A stretch of 64,000 nucleotides of DNA from Burkholderiales bacterium (lineage in GTDB: Bacteria > Pseudomonadota > Gammaproteobacteria > Burkholderiales > Burkholderiaceae_C): contig JAABRA010000331.1 of assembly GCA_011391155.1 (NCBI GenBank), positions 43 to 64,042 on the forward strand, given 5' to 3'. Under the pieces are notes generated by a model that saw only the letters and a program-made list of their open reading frames with translations, was not told the DNA's origin and made no database searches. The translations under genes were made by a program, and so were the position numbers. Numbering within the stretch: position 1 is the stretch's first letter; each line of letters begins with the position of its first letter. This document shows, piece by piece, positions 45,177-55,755 of this stretch.

Positions 45177-46687
45177 TCAGGCGCGCCCGTGGGCGCGGAC
45201 CATGGATGCGAGCCTGCGGGCGGGTTCGTCGCCGACGTCGGACCAGGCGAATCGCCAGGTCCAGCAGCCTTCGGGCTGGCCCGGGGTGTTCATGCGGTGC
45301 CGGCCGTCCAGGCCCAGCACGTCCTGGAACGGAATGACCAGCGTGTGGGCGACCGATTGCGAGAGCGCGTGGATCAGGGCCCAGTTGATTTCCAGATCGG
45401 CCATCGGGCCCAGATACCGGCGGGCGGCCTGGCGCTCGGCGTCGCCGGCATTGGCCCACCAGCCGACCGTGGTGTCGTTGTCATGGGTTCCCGTATAGGC
45501 CACCGTGCAGGGTTCGAAGTTATGCGGCAGGTAGGGATTGCGGGGCGTGTCACCGAAGGCAAATTGCATCACCCGCATGCCCGGAAAACCGCAGTCGCGG
45601 CGCAGCCGGGTCACCGCGTCGGTGATGATGCCGAGGTCCTCGGCAATGATCGGCAGCGGGCCGAACTCTTCCCTGAGGGCGTGGAAAAACGCCTGGCCGG
45701 GGCCGGCGCACCATTGGCCGGCCTGCGCGGTCGGTTCGCTGGTCGGGATTTTCCAGTACGCCTCGAAACCGCGAAAGTGGTCGAGGCGGGCCAGGTCGAC
45801 CTGCGACAGCAGGTGCGCCATGCGCTGCTTCCACCAGCGGTAGCCGTCGTGGGCCATGGCGTCCCATCGATACAGCGGGTTGCCCCAGCGTTGGCCGGTG
45901 GCGCTGAAATAGTCGGGCGGGACGCCCGCCACCCCGCGGGGTTCGCCCGCTTCGTCCAGCAGGAACTGGTCGGTGTGCGCCCAGACGTCGGCGCTCTGGT
46001 GTGCCACGAAGATTGGCGCGTCGCCGGCGATGTGGATGCCCCGCGCATGGGCCTCATCGCGCAGACGGTGCCACTGCACCTGAAAACGCCACTGCACGAA
46101 GCGCCAGAAGCCCAGCTCCGGGGCGGCCTCGTCCTGCACGGCGCGCAGGGCCTGGGGATCATGGCGGGCCAGCGGCGCGGGCCACCGGGTCCATGCCGGG
46201 CCATGCCGGGCCTCAAGCACCATGAACAAGGCGTAGTCGTCCAGCCAGGCACTCTGGCGCCGGGTGAATTCGGCCAGCGCGGCCCGCTCGGCATCCGTGG
46301 CGTGCGCGGTGAAACCCTGCCAGGCGGCCTCCAGGGCGGCCAGCCGGTAAGGAATCACGCGGGCGAAGTCGCAGTGAGCCGGATCGAAACCGGGATCTGC
46401 CGGCGGTGCCAGCCAGCCGCAACTGACCAGATCGTCCAGATCCACCAGCCAGGGATTCCCGGCAAAGGCCGACGGGCTCTGGTAAGGCGAATGACCGGCG
46501 CCCGGCGGCGTCAGCGGCAGGATTTGCCAGAGGGATTGCCCGGCGGAGGCCAGCCAGTCGAGAAAATGCCGGGCCGAAGCGCCCAGGTCGCCCGAGCCGT
46601 GCCGCCCGGGAAGGCTGGTCAGGTGCAGCAGCACGCCGCTGGTGCGGCGTGACAGCAGGGGGTGACCGTGGGTGATGGCGTGTTCCC

Positions 46688-46691
<4 letters not shown>
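45177..46691 (-). CDS. malQ: 4-alpha-glucanotransferase (amylomaltase)
   Basis: Matching stretches are [55 protein letters not shown] and YTGTHDNDT. The ATGA start overlaps the glgX stop. Confidence 0.93.
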
Positions 46692-48876
<2,185 letters not shown>

Positions 48877-48880
<4 letters not shown>

Positions 48881-51090
48881 GCCGCGGGCTCCCTCTCCAG
48901 CCAGATCACGGCCAGCGGCGGCAGGTGCAGGCTGAGCGACCACGGATGTCCGTGCATCGGCACCGGTTCGGCCAGCACGCGGCCCTGGTTGCCGGCATTG
49001 GTGCCGCCGTAGTGGCTGGAGTCGGTGTTCAGGCACTCGCGCCACGCGCCGCCTTGCGCCACGCCAATCCGGTAGCTGTCGCGGGGCACCGGCGTCAGGT
49101 TGCAGACCACGGCCATTTGTTCATTTGTCCCATGGCCGAAGCGCATGAAGCTGAAGACCGAGTTGTCGCGGTCGTCGGCGCTGATCCAGCAGAAACCGCC
49201 GGGGTCCGCATCACGCGCATGCAGGCTCGGGCGCGAGCGATACATCAGGTTGAGGTCGCGCACCAGGCGCCGCACGCCCGCATGCCCGGGGTCCTGCAGC
49301 AGGCCCCAGTCCAGCCCGGCGTCGTGGTTCCACTCGGTGGGCGTGGCCAGCTCGTTGCCCATGAACATCAGCTTCTTGCCCGGGAAGGCCCACATCAGCG
49401 CGTACAGCGCACGCAGGTTGGCCCGCTTCTGCCAGGGATCTCCCCACATCTTGCCCAGCAGCGAGCCCTTGCCGTGAACCACCTCGTCGTGCGAGAGCGG
49501 CAGCACGAAATGCTCGCTGTATGCATACATCATGGCGAAGGTGATGCGATCGTGATGCCAGCGCCGGTACATCGGGTCGAGCGCGAAGTAGGCCAGCGTG
49601 TCGTTCATCCAGCCCATGTTCCACTTGTAGTCGAAGCCCAGGCCGCCTCGCGCGGTGGCGCCGGTCACGCCGGGAAAGGCGGTCGACTCCTCGGCCAGGG
49701 TCAGTACGCCGGCCGCCTCGCGGTGCAGGATGTCATTGGTCTCGCGCAGGAAATGGATGGCTTCGTAGTTCTCCCGGCCCCCGTCGCGGTTGGGCACCCA
49801 CTCGCCGGCCGGGCGGCTGTAGTCGCGGTACAGCATCGAGGCCACCGCGTCCACGCGCAGCCCGTCCACGCCATACTGCTCGACCCAGAACAATGCGTTG
49901 CCGACCAGGAAGTTGCGCACCTCGTTGCGGCCGAAGTTGTAGATCAGCGTGTTCCAGTCGCGGTGAAAGCCCTCGCGCGGGTCGGCGTGCTCATACAGGG
50001 CCGTGCCGTCGAAGCGCGCCAGCGCATGCGGGTCCGACGGGAAGTGTCCAGGCACCCAGTCCAGGATGATCTTCAGCCCGGCCGCATGGGCCGTGGCGAT
50101 GAAGCGGCGCAGCGCCTCGGGCGAGCCGTAGCGTGCGGTGGGCGCATACAGTCCGGTGGGCTGGTAGCCCCAGGAGCCGTAGAAAGGGTGCTCGCTGATC
50201 GGCAGCAGCTCGATGTGCGTGAAGCCCATGTCCGTCACATAGGGCACCAGCGTGGCGGCCAGATAGTCCCAGTCGGGCATCCGGCCGTCCGGCCGCCGCC
50301 AGGAACCGGCATGCACCTCGTAGATGGCCATGGGCGCGGCGCCGTGGTCAGCGGCCGGCCGGGGCGCGGCGGGATCTGCGCAGGTCTCGCACACCCAGGC
50401 GGCATTGCCGGGCGGGCCTTCGCTGCGGCGCGCGTAGGGGTCTGACTTGAGCAAGCACTGGCCTTGCGCGTCCACCACCTCAAACTTGTACAGCGCACCC
50501 GCGCCGACGCCGGGCAGGAAGATTTCCCACACGCCGCATTCCACGCGCCAGCGCATCGGATGGCGCCGCCCGTCCCAGGCGTTGAAGTCGCCGACGACGG
50601 ACACCCGCTGCGCGTGCGGCGCCCAGACGGCAAACGCGGTGCCGCTCACACCGTCGCGCAGGGCCGGATGGGCGCCCAGTTTCTGCCAGGGGCGCTGGTG
50701 TTGCCCTTCGGCCAGCAGCCAGACGTCCATGTCGCCCAGCCAAGGGCCGAAGCGGTAAGGGTCTTCCAGCATCACCCGATGGCCGCCGAAGTCGGCCGCG
50801 ATGCGGTAGTCCGTCGCTGCGGGAAGCTGGCCGACAAACAGGCCTTCGCCACCCCGGTTCACCAGTTCCGCCAGTGTCTCCCCGCTGTGGCGGGCGCACG
50901 CAGCGACGACCGTGGCGCCCGGCAGGTAAACCCGCAACGTGGACTGGCCCGTCACCGGGCTGGCGTGCAGGCCAAGGTGACTGAAGGGGTCGCGACAGCG
51001 GCCCTGCTGCAAAGACAGGGCGAGCGCGCGTTCCGGATCGGCAGGGGACATAAGTTCAGGTGGAGGCATGGTGCGTGGTGTCAGACACAT
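48877..51090 (-). CDS. glgB: 1,4-alpha-glucan branching enzyme
   Basis: Matching stretches are DPYRFGPWLGDMDVWLLAEG, IYEVHAGSW, HIELLPISEHPFYGSWGYQ, ILDWVPGHF, DGLRVDAVASMLY and AEESTAFP. The start could also be 51069 or 51051. Confidence 0.95.
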
Positions 51091-51192
51091 TTTGGCACTC
51101 CTGAGCGGTGTTCATGCGCGCAGCGCCGAAGGTTTCAGGGCCCGGAGCCGCCAACTACACTCACAGCCTGTTCAAACGACCTGCACGGAGCC

Positions 51193-51798
51193 ATGGAAAT
51201 CGTAACGCTGGTGATGGTGATCGCGCTGGGCGCCTACGCACTCAACGCGCGGGATCAGGCGCGGCGCGTGGCCTTGCTGGGGCGGCACCTGGGCCGCTAC
51301 CAGATCGAGAAGCTGATGGAAAATCTGACCGAGGGCTATCTGCGTGCGCTGGGCGAGACGGATCCCGAGCGCCAGGCCCAGGTCATGCATCTGCTGAATG
51401 CGTCAGAACTCGAGCTTTCCGGACAATTCAGCCGGTTTGTTGCTGAATTTGCCCAGGTCGAGCCGGCGCAGGCGCGGGCCAGCCAGCTGGCCTGGCCGTT
51501 TCCCTACGCGGTCCAGCTGTTCCCCAAAGCCACGTTCGACATGCGCAAGCTGCTGGCCGTGCACGCGCACGGCATCGCGGATGCCGCGAACAACCGCCTG
51601 GGCCAGTCGACCCGGGACAAGGCGTTCACCCTGTCGGCCGAACTGTTCCTGATGCAGCACAGCTGTCACTGGTTTTGCCGCTCGCGGGCCGTCGCTTCGG
51701 CCCGGGTGCTGGCACGGCACAAGACCTCGTATTTGCAGGTGCTTGCCGCAGTTTCGCCTGGGACGCGCAGCGCCTATGGCGCACTCGTCGGGCAATAG
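51193..51798 (+). CDS. hypothetical protein with an N-terminal TM helix
   Basis: 201 aa starting MEIVTLVMVIALGAYALNA, with GGAG upstream and high-GC3 codons. No family was recognised. Confidence 0.55.
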   Translation: MEIVTLVMVIALGAYALNARDQARRVALLGRHLGRYQIEKLMENLTEGYLRALGETDPERQAQVMHLLNASELELSGQFSRFVAEFAQVEPAQARASQLAWPFPYAVQLFPKATFDMRKLLAVHAHGIADAANNRLGQSTRDKAFTLSAELFLMQHSCHWFCRSRAVASARVLARHKTSYLQVLAAVSPGTRSAYGALVGQ

Positions 51799-51834
51799 CA
51801 CCTTGATCGGTAGCCGGGCCGCCGGCGCAGGGCG

Positions 51835-52125
51835 TCAGTTGCCGAGCCTGCGCTGCAGGATGATGCCGGTGGCAATCGCCACCAGAACCTGGTCGCCGCC
51901 CGTCCGGACGCAGTGGTAGCCGCGCGGCGGCGCGGTCAGTTGGTGGCCGCGCCAGTCGTCAACGACATAGTTCCGGCTGCGGTATTCCATCGGCAGGCGT
52001 GCACCCCGGTAATAGCCATGATCCGGACCCGCACCCCGCTGGTACCGCCCCTGGCAGCCAACCGCACAGCCCGGACCCCTGGCGCCGCCCCGGTACTGCG
52101 GAATGTCCGACCGTACTTCACGCAC
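51835..52125 (-). CDS. RcnB-family (periplasmic Ni/Co homeostasis-like) protein, apparently lacking a signal peptide
   Basis: GARLPMEYRSRNYVVDDWRGHQLTAPPRGYHCVRTGGDQVLVAIATGIIL matches the RcnB-type C-terminal pattern (v.dw....L..PP.G..w......vLv...tG.I). The ORF opens with GTG right after an in-frame TGA and has no hydrophobic leader. Confidence 0.55.
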   Translation of the reverse strand: MREVRSDIPQYRGGARGPGCAVGCQGRYQRGAGPDHGYYRGARLPMEYRSRNYVVDDWRGHQLTAPPRGYHCVRTGGDQVLVAIATGIILQRRLGN

Positions 52126-52182
52126 GCTGGGCCCGCATGGGCCACGAGGTCACGGCGCAAGGTGAATTTAGATCCTGAATAT

Positions 52183-52241
52183 ATAGCAAACAGTGACCAT
52201 TTCACGCTGGGTTAGTGCCAATTTGACTTGAAAATTGGCAC
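52183..52241 (+). repeat. dispersed intergenic repeat, best-preserved copy
   Basis: ATAGCAAACAGTGACCATTTCACGCTGGGTTAGTGCCAATTTGACTTGAAAATTGGCAC. The 10-bp hairpin is perfect: GTGCCAATTT (52215-52224) pairs with AAATTGGCAC (52232-52241). Confidence 0.85.
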
Positions 52242-52297
52242 GCCCGGCCCTGGGTGGCCTCGTCCATTCCTGCCTCACGGCCCCACGGCCGCGGCGC

Positions 52298-53125
52298 CTA
52301 CCGCCCGGCCTTGCAGTCCGCCGGCCCCGGCAGTCCCTTGGCGCGCGCCGCCTGCACCTCAGCGCTGGCGGCGGCCATCTGGGCGGCAAAGGTCGGGTCG
52401 GCATGCAGGCGCGCCACGGTGGCGGCGCCCATCACGCGCCCGGCGTCCACGTCGCTTTGCCAGTGCACCCCGCAGATCACCCGGCTTTGCCCGAAAGCGT
52501 AGCCGCGCTCCAGCAAGCCCTTGGTGCGCCCGGGGTCCACTTCCACCAGGACCAGCGCCCAGGCCCATCCCACGGTGGCGTGGCCTGAGGGGTAGGAGCC
52601 GTCCTTGGCCAAGGCGGCTTCCTCGGCGGGCGTGCAGGTGGTGTCGCCCAGGGTGACAAACGGGCGCTGGCGTTTGTAAGTGTCCTTGGCGGCATAGGTG
52701 GACAGGCCGGCATCGAGCAGCGTGCGCCGCAGCAGCATGTTCAGGTGCGGCGTCTGCTCCGGCGAGACCGGCAGGTCCAGGGTGCAGGCAAAGGCCGCCG
52801 CAGCCTGGGGGAACTTCAGGTTGGCGTCGCGCGTGGCGAGGTCCCAGCGCGGCGTGCCGCGCTCGGCGCGGGTGGCCTTGTACACCGCCACGTCGGATGC
52901 CTGTGCGGCGGAGTCACTGGCCGGCGGCCTGGGCAGCAGCGCCAGGCTGTCGGGCAGCGCCTTGGGGTCGAGGTAGCCGCGCAGGTAGCCGGAGCCCGGC
53001 CGGAATTCGCCGACCACCTCGGCCGAGGTCGGTGGCGGCGGGGTGGGTGTCTGGCAGCCCGCCAAGACGAGCAGGAGGGCGCCTGCCACGCCCGACAGGC
53101 CGTGCGTTTGAAAGCTGGGCTGCAT
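52298..53125 (-). CDS. class A (PAP2) bacterial acid phosphatase, lipoprotein
   Basis: The lipobox is LLLVLAGC. The three PAP2 signature blocks are KDTYKRQRPF, YPSGHA and SRVICGVHWQSDV. Confidence 0.88.
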   Translation of the reverse strand: MQPSFQTHGLSGVAGALLLVLAGCQTPTPPPPTSAEVVGEFRPGSGYLRGYLDPKALPDSLALLPRPPASDSAAQASDVAVYKATRAERGTPRWDLATRDANLKFPQAAAAFACTLDLPVSPEQTPHLNMLLRRTLLDAGLSTYAAKDTYKRQRPFVTLGDTTCTPAEEAALAKDGSYPSGHATVGWAWALVLVEVDPGRTKGLLERGYAFGQSRVICGVHWQSDVDAGRVMGAATVARLHADPTFAAQMAAASAEVQAARAKGLPGPADCKAGR

Positions 53126-53171
53126 GGGGCGCCTCCGGTTGCGGGTTGGGGGGGGAACTCGACGGGGCGGG

Positions 53172-54479
53172 TCAGCCGCCCCGGAACAGATTGATGCTGG
53201 CACCGTTGGGGCGCACCAGAATCTGCGGCGTCTGCCCGGCCTTCCCGCGCGACTTTTCGCGCACGAACAAGGACACGAACGCCTGGGAATACGTGAAGGC
53301 CAGCGACACGTCGCCGCGGTAGATCCGAAGCCCCTCACTGAAGCTCTGGGTAAAAACCCCGCCCTCGAAACGCCGCCCGGACGGTGCTGGCAGGACGCCG
53401 CCGGATTCCTGCGATTCCTCGCCCGGACCGCTCGCCGACATCAGCGACATCCGCATGTCGCCGCCACTGGGCGCTACCGCGCCACCGGGCTGCGCGACCC
53501 AGCGCCGGGCCAACGCGGCCGCGCTGACCGCATCCCGGTCCAGCTCGCCGCCGTTGACGCCCCGGATGAAGCGCTCCGAAGCCGCGCCGCCGAGCTGCAG
53601 GTCGGGCACCCGGGCAAACACGTTGCCGCTGAAGCAGGTGTCGACCACCACCACCACCTCGCGCGCCCGACTGTTTTTGACAAGGGCGATCAGGTGGGTG
53701 TCGTGCAGCGCGGTGTCGTACATCGCCACCGGCGAAGACGTGCGCGAATCGTAGGCCAGCACCGGGTATTTGCGCACGTCCGGGAAGCGCGGATCGGGAA
53801 TCGGCTGCACGCCGTGGCTGGCGATGAAGACGAACACGGTGTCCGCGGGCCCGGGTTCCCGCGCCAGGCGCAGCAGCTGCGCGCGGATCGCTGCCCGCGT
53901 TGCCTGCGCGTTTTTAAGCACGATCACATCGGCGGGGCGGTAGCCGCCTTGCGTGCGCAGCAGGGCCTCCAGCGTGGACGCGTCCTTCTCGGCGCCGGGC
54001 AGCGCGGGAACGCGCGGGTCGCTGAATTGCCCGACGCCAATGATCAGCGCAAACTTGCGCCCGCCCGGTGCCGGTGGTGCAGCGCTGCCCGGCGCCGGGG
54101 CAGGCCGTTGGCGCTGGATGAATCGCTCGAAGGCCTGGGACGTCGCCTGCTCCCAGGCCTTTTCGCGCACGTCGGTCGGATAGACCATCGAGGTCGCCTG
54201 CAGGCCGACCAGGTTCTGCACGATCACAAACGCGCGGTCCACCTCGTCCTCGTTCGCATAGCGCCCGGCGAGCTGCAGCCGCCCGAGCCGGTCGCGGCTC
54301 ACGTCCGCCGTGCCCAGCCCGAAACGGCGGAAGTTCTCGCGCACCTTGACCACCAGGTCTTCCGGCACCTGGTAGCGCTGATAGACGTTCTCGAAGTCCT
54401 GGTGCATCTTCGCGGCGCAGCCGGCGAGCAGCAGGGCAAGCCCGCCCAGAATGACGCGCCGGTGCAGTCCTGTGGTCAT
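53172..54479 (-). CDS. caspase-fold (peptidase C14) lipoprotein
   Basis: The lipobox is LALLLAGC. The catalytic dyad context is VFVFIASHG (His) and VVVVVDTCFSGN (Cys), after KFALIIGVGQF. A possible BON-like segment lies N-terminal (LGRLQLAGRYANEDEVDRAFVIVQNLVGL). Confidence 0.85.
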   Translation of the reverse strand: MTTGLHRRVILGGLALLLAGCAAKMHQDFENVYQRYQVPEDLVVKVRENFRRFGLGTADVSRDRLGRLQLAGRYANEDEVDRAFVIVQNLVGLQATSMVYPTDVREKAWEQATSQAFERFIQRQRPAPAPGSAAPPAPGGRKFALIIGVGQFSDPRVPALPGAEKDASTLEALLRTQGGYRPADVIVLKNAQATRAAIRAQLLRLAREPGPADTVFVFIASHGVQPIPDPRFPDVRKYPVLAYDSRTSSPVAMYDTALHDTHLIALVKNSRAREVVVVVDTCFSGNVFARVPDLQLGGAASERFIRGVNGGELDRDAVSAAALARRWVAQPGGAVAPSGGDMRMSLMSASGPGEESQESGGVLPAPSGRRFEGGVFTQSFSEGLRIYRGDVSLAFTYSQAFVSLFVREKSRGKAGQTPQILVRPNGASINLFRGG

Positions 54480-54491
54480 GATTCAGCCCTT

Positions 54492-55229
54492 TCAGGGAAG
54501 AATGTTGAAATCCCGCACGAGGTCCCGGGTCTGACCTTCGGCTTGCAGCGAGACCTCCATCCGGCACACCTGCTCGGCGGGAATCTTGCTGGGCAGCAGC
54601 AGGCTGCCGCGCGAGAGGTGACAGCCGGAGGAGACTGTCAAACGCTCCGTGGGGCTGGCCAGCTCGTTGAAGCGGCCGTCCTCGTCCTTGCACAGGAAGC
54701 GGCGAGTGAGCTGCAGCGGCACGTCCTTCGGGTCCGGGGTCAGGATGTGGTAGCTGACATCCGTGCCGAGCCGTTCGCCGCCGCGCACCTGCCGGGGCAG
54801 CGTGCTGCCCTCGATGGTCACGATGACGCCGCTGCGCGCATAGCCCAGCCGGCGGGAGCAGGCGGCGTATTCGTCGGTGACCAGGCTGGAGGCCGTGGCA
54901 AATTGCGCTGCGCAGGTCTTGTAGGCGCGCTGCCAGGCGGTGATCGCGCCAACGGTGGCTCCCACTGCGGCACTGCCCAGCATCCGGTTCAGCCCGTCGC
55001 GCCCGCCACCGCTGCCCAGCAGGGAACTCAGCAGGCCGCCGACGCCGGCTCCCATCGTGCCGCCAGTGACCGCGCCGGAGACCGCCGCGTCGCGCATGCA
55101 GGCGTCGAGTTCGTCATTGGCCGAAACCTGGGCCCGCGGCACACTGCAGGCGACGGCCAGCAAGGCTGCCACGCAGGCGCGATGCCATGGGGGGCTCGGG
55201 CGGGTGGTGCGGGGGCATTGGGCAGACAT
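54492..55229 (-). CDS. hypothetical lipoprotein with a glycine-zipper segment
   Basis: The signal/lipobox is ACVAALLAVAC. The Gly-zipper-like region is GAVTGGTMGAGVGGLLSSLLGSGGG...GSAAVGATVGAITA, followed by a beta-rich C-terminal half. It ends 12 nt upstream of the caspase-like gene. The alternative start is 55259. Confidence 0.6.
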   Translation of the reverse strand: MSAQCPRTTRPSPPWHRACVAALLAVACSVPRAQVSANDELDACMRDAAVSGAVTGGTMGAGVGGLLSSLLGSGGGRDGLNRMLGSAAVGATVGAITAWQRAYKTCAAQFATASSLVTDEYAACSRRLGYARSGVIVTIEGSTLPRQVRGGERLGTDVSYHILTPDPKDVPLQLTRRFLCKDEDGRFNELASPTERLTVSSGCHLSRGSLLLPSKIPAEQVCRMEVSLQAEGQTRDLVRDFNILP

Positions 55230-55370
55230 GGAGACATCGAAACAGGCCGGTGGGGGCATCGTAGCGCATGCCGGGCGGGCGCGGCAGACAAATGTCCAGG
55301 CGGTGCGGGCAGCGAGCGCAGGGGCTGAAACGGCGGCGTGGCGACCGCTTGCCAGGGCGCGCGCGACCGC

Positions 55371-55649
55371 TCAGCGGTAAAACGCCTCGACCTTGCCGCG
55401 CAACTTCATCAACAGCGGCTGGCCCTTGCGGTCCATCGTCTTGCCGGCGGGCACGCGCACCCAGCGTTCGCTGATGCAGTATTCCTCCACATCGCCGCGC
55501 TCCTTGTCGTTGAACCGGATGCCCACCTCGTGTTCAAACACCGCGGCAACATAGTGCGGGCTGCGCGGGTCGATCGACAGGTGGTCGGGCAGCGGAGGGC
55601 GCTGGGGGGTGAGGGGCTGGGGGGCTTCGGGCAGGGGCGCGTCGGTCAT
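55371..55649 (-). CDS. DUF3297 family protein
   Basis: 92 aa. PDHLSIDPRSPHYVAAVFEHEVGIRFNDKERGDVEEYCISERWVRV is characteristic of this family. Confidence 0.7.
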   Translation of the reverse strand: MTDAPLPEAPQPLTPQRPPLPDHLSIDPRSPHYVAAVFEHEVGIRFNDKERGDVEEYCISERWVRVPAGKTMDRKGQPLLMKLRGKVEAFYR

Positions 55650-55755
55650 GGGGGTGTTCTCTTCAATCAATGCAGACAGGCGCTGATTTTCCCGCATCTG
55701 GCGCGTCCAGCCCCAAAGCAGGTATCTGAACGCCGGTGCGCGCCCTGCTTGTCAC

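Noticed and set aside
52211-52230. Reading the repeat (reverse strand TTGGCAC-TAACC-CAGCG) as a sigma-54 promoter, since the GG-N10-GC spacing fits
   Set aside because: The -12 element is CAGC rather than TTGC. The copy at 10651 has different spacing. Several copies lie between convergent genes, where a promoter makes no sense.
52183-52241. Repeat family as a conserved mini-ORF (reverse frame WH.PSV.WSLFAIY)
   Set aside because: Several copies carry TAA or TAG stops in that frame. Substitutions are not concentrated at third positions. There is no consistent start codon or Shine-Dalgarno sequence.
53124-55328. 734-aa plus-strand ORF across the caspase-like operon
   Set aside because: It is antisense to two genes with clear lipoboxes and a caspase His/Cys dyad. 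The product has a shadow-frame composition.
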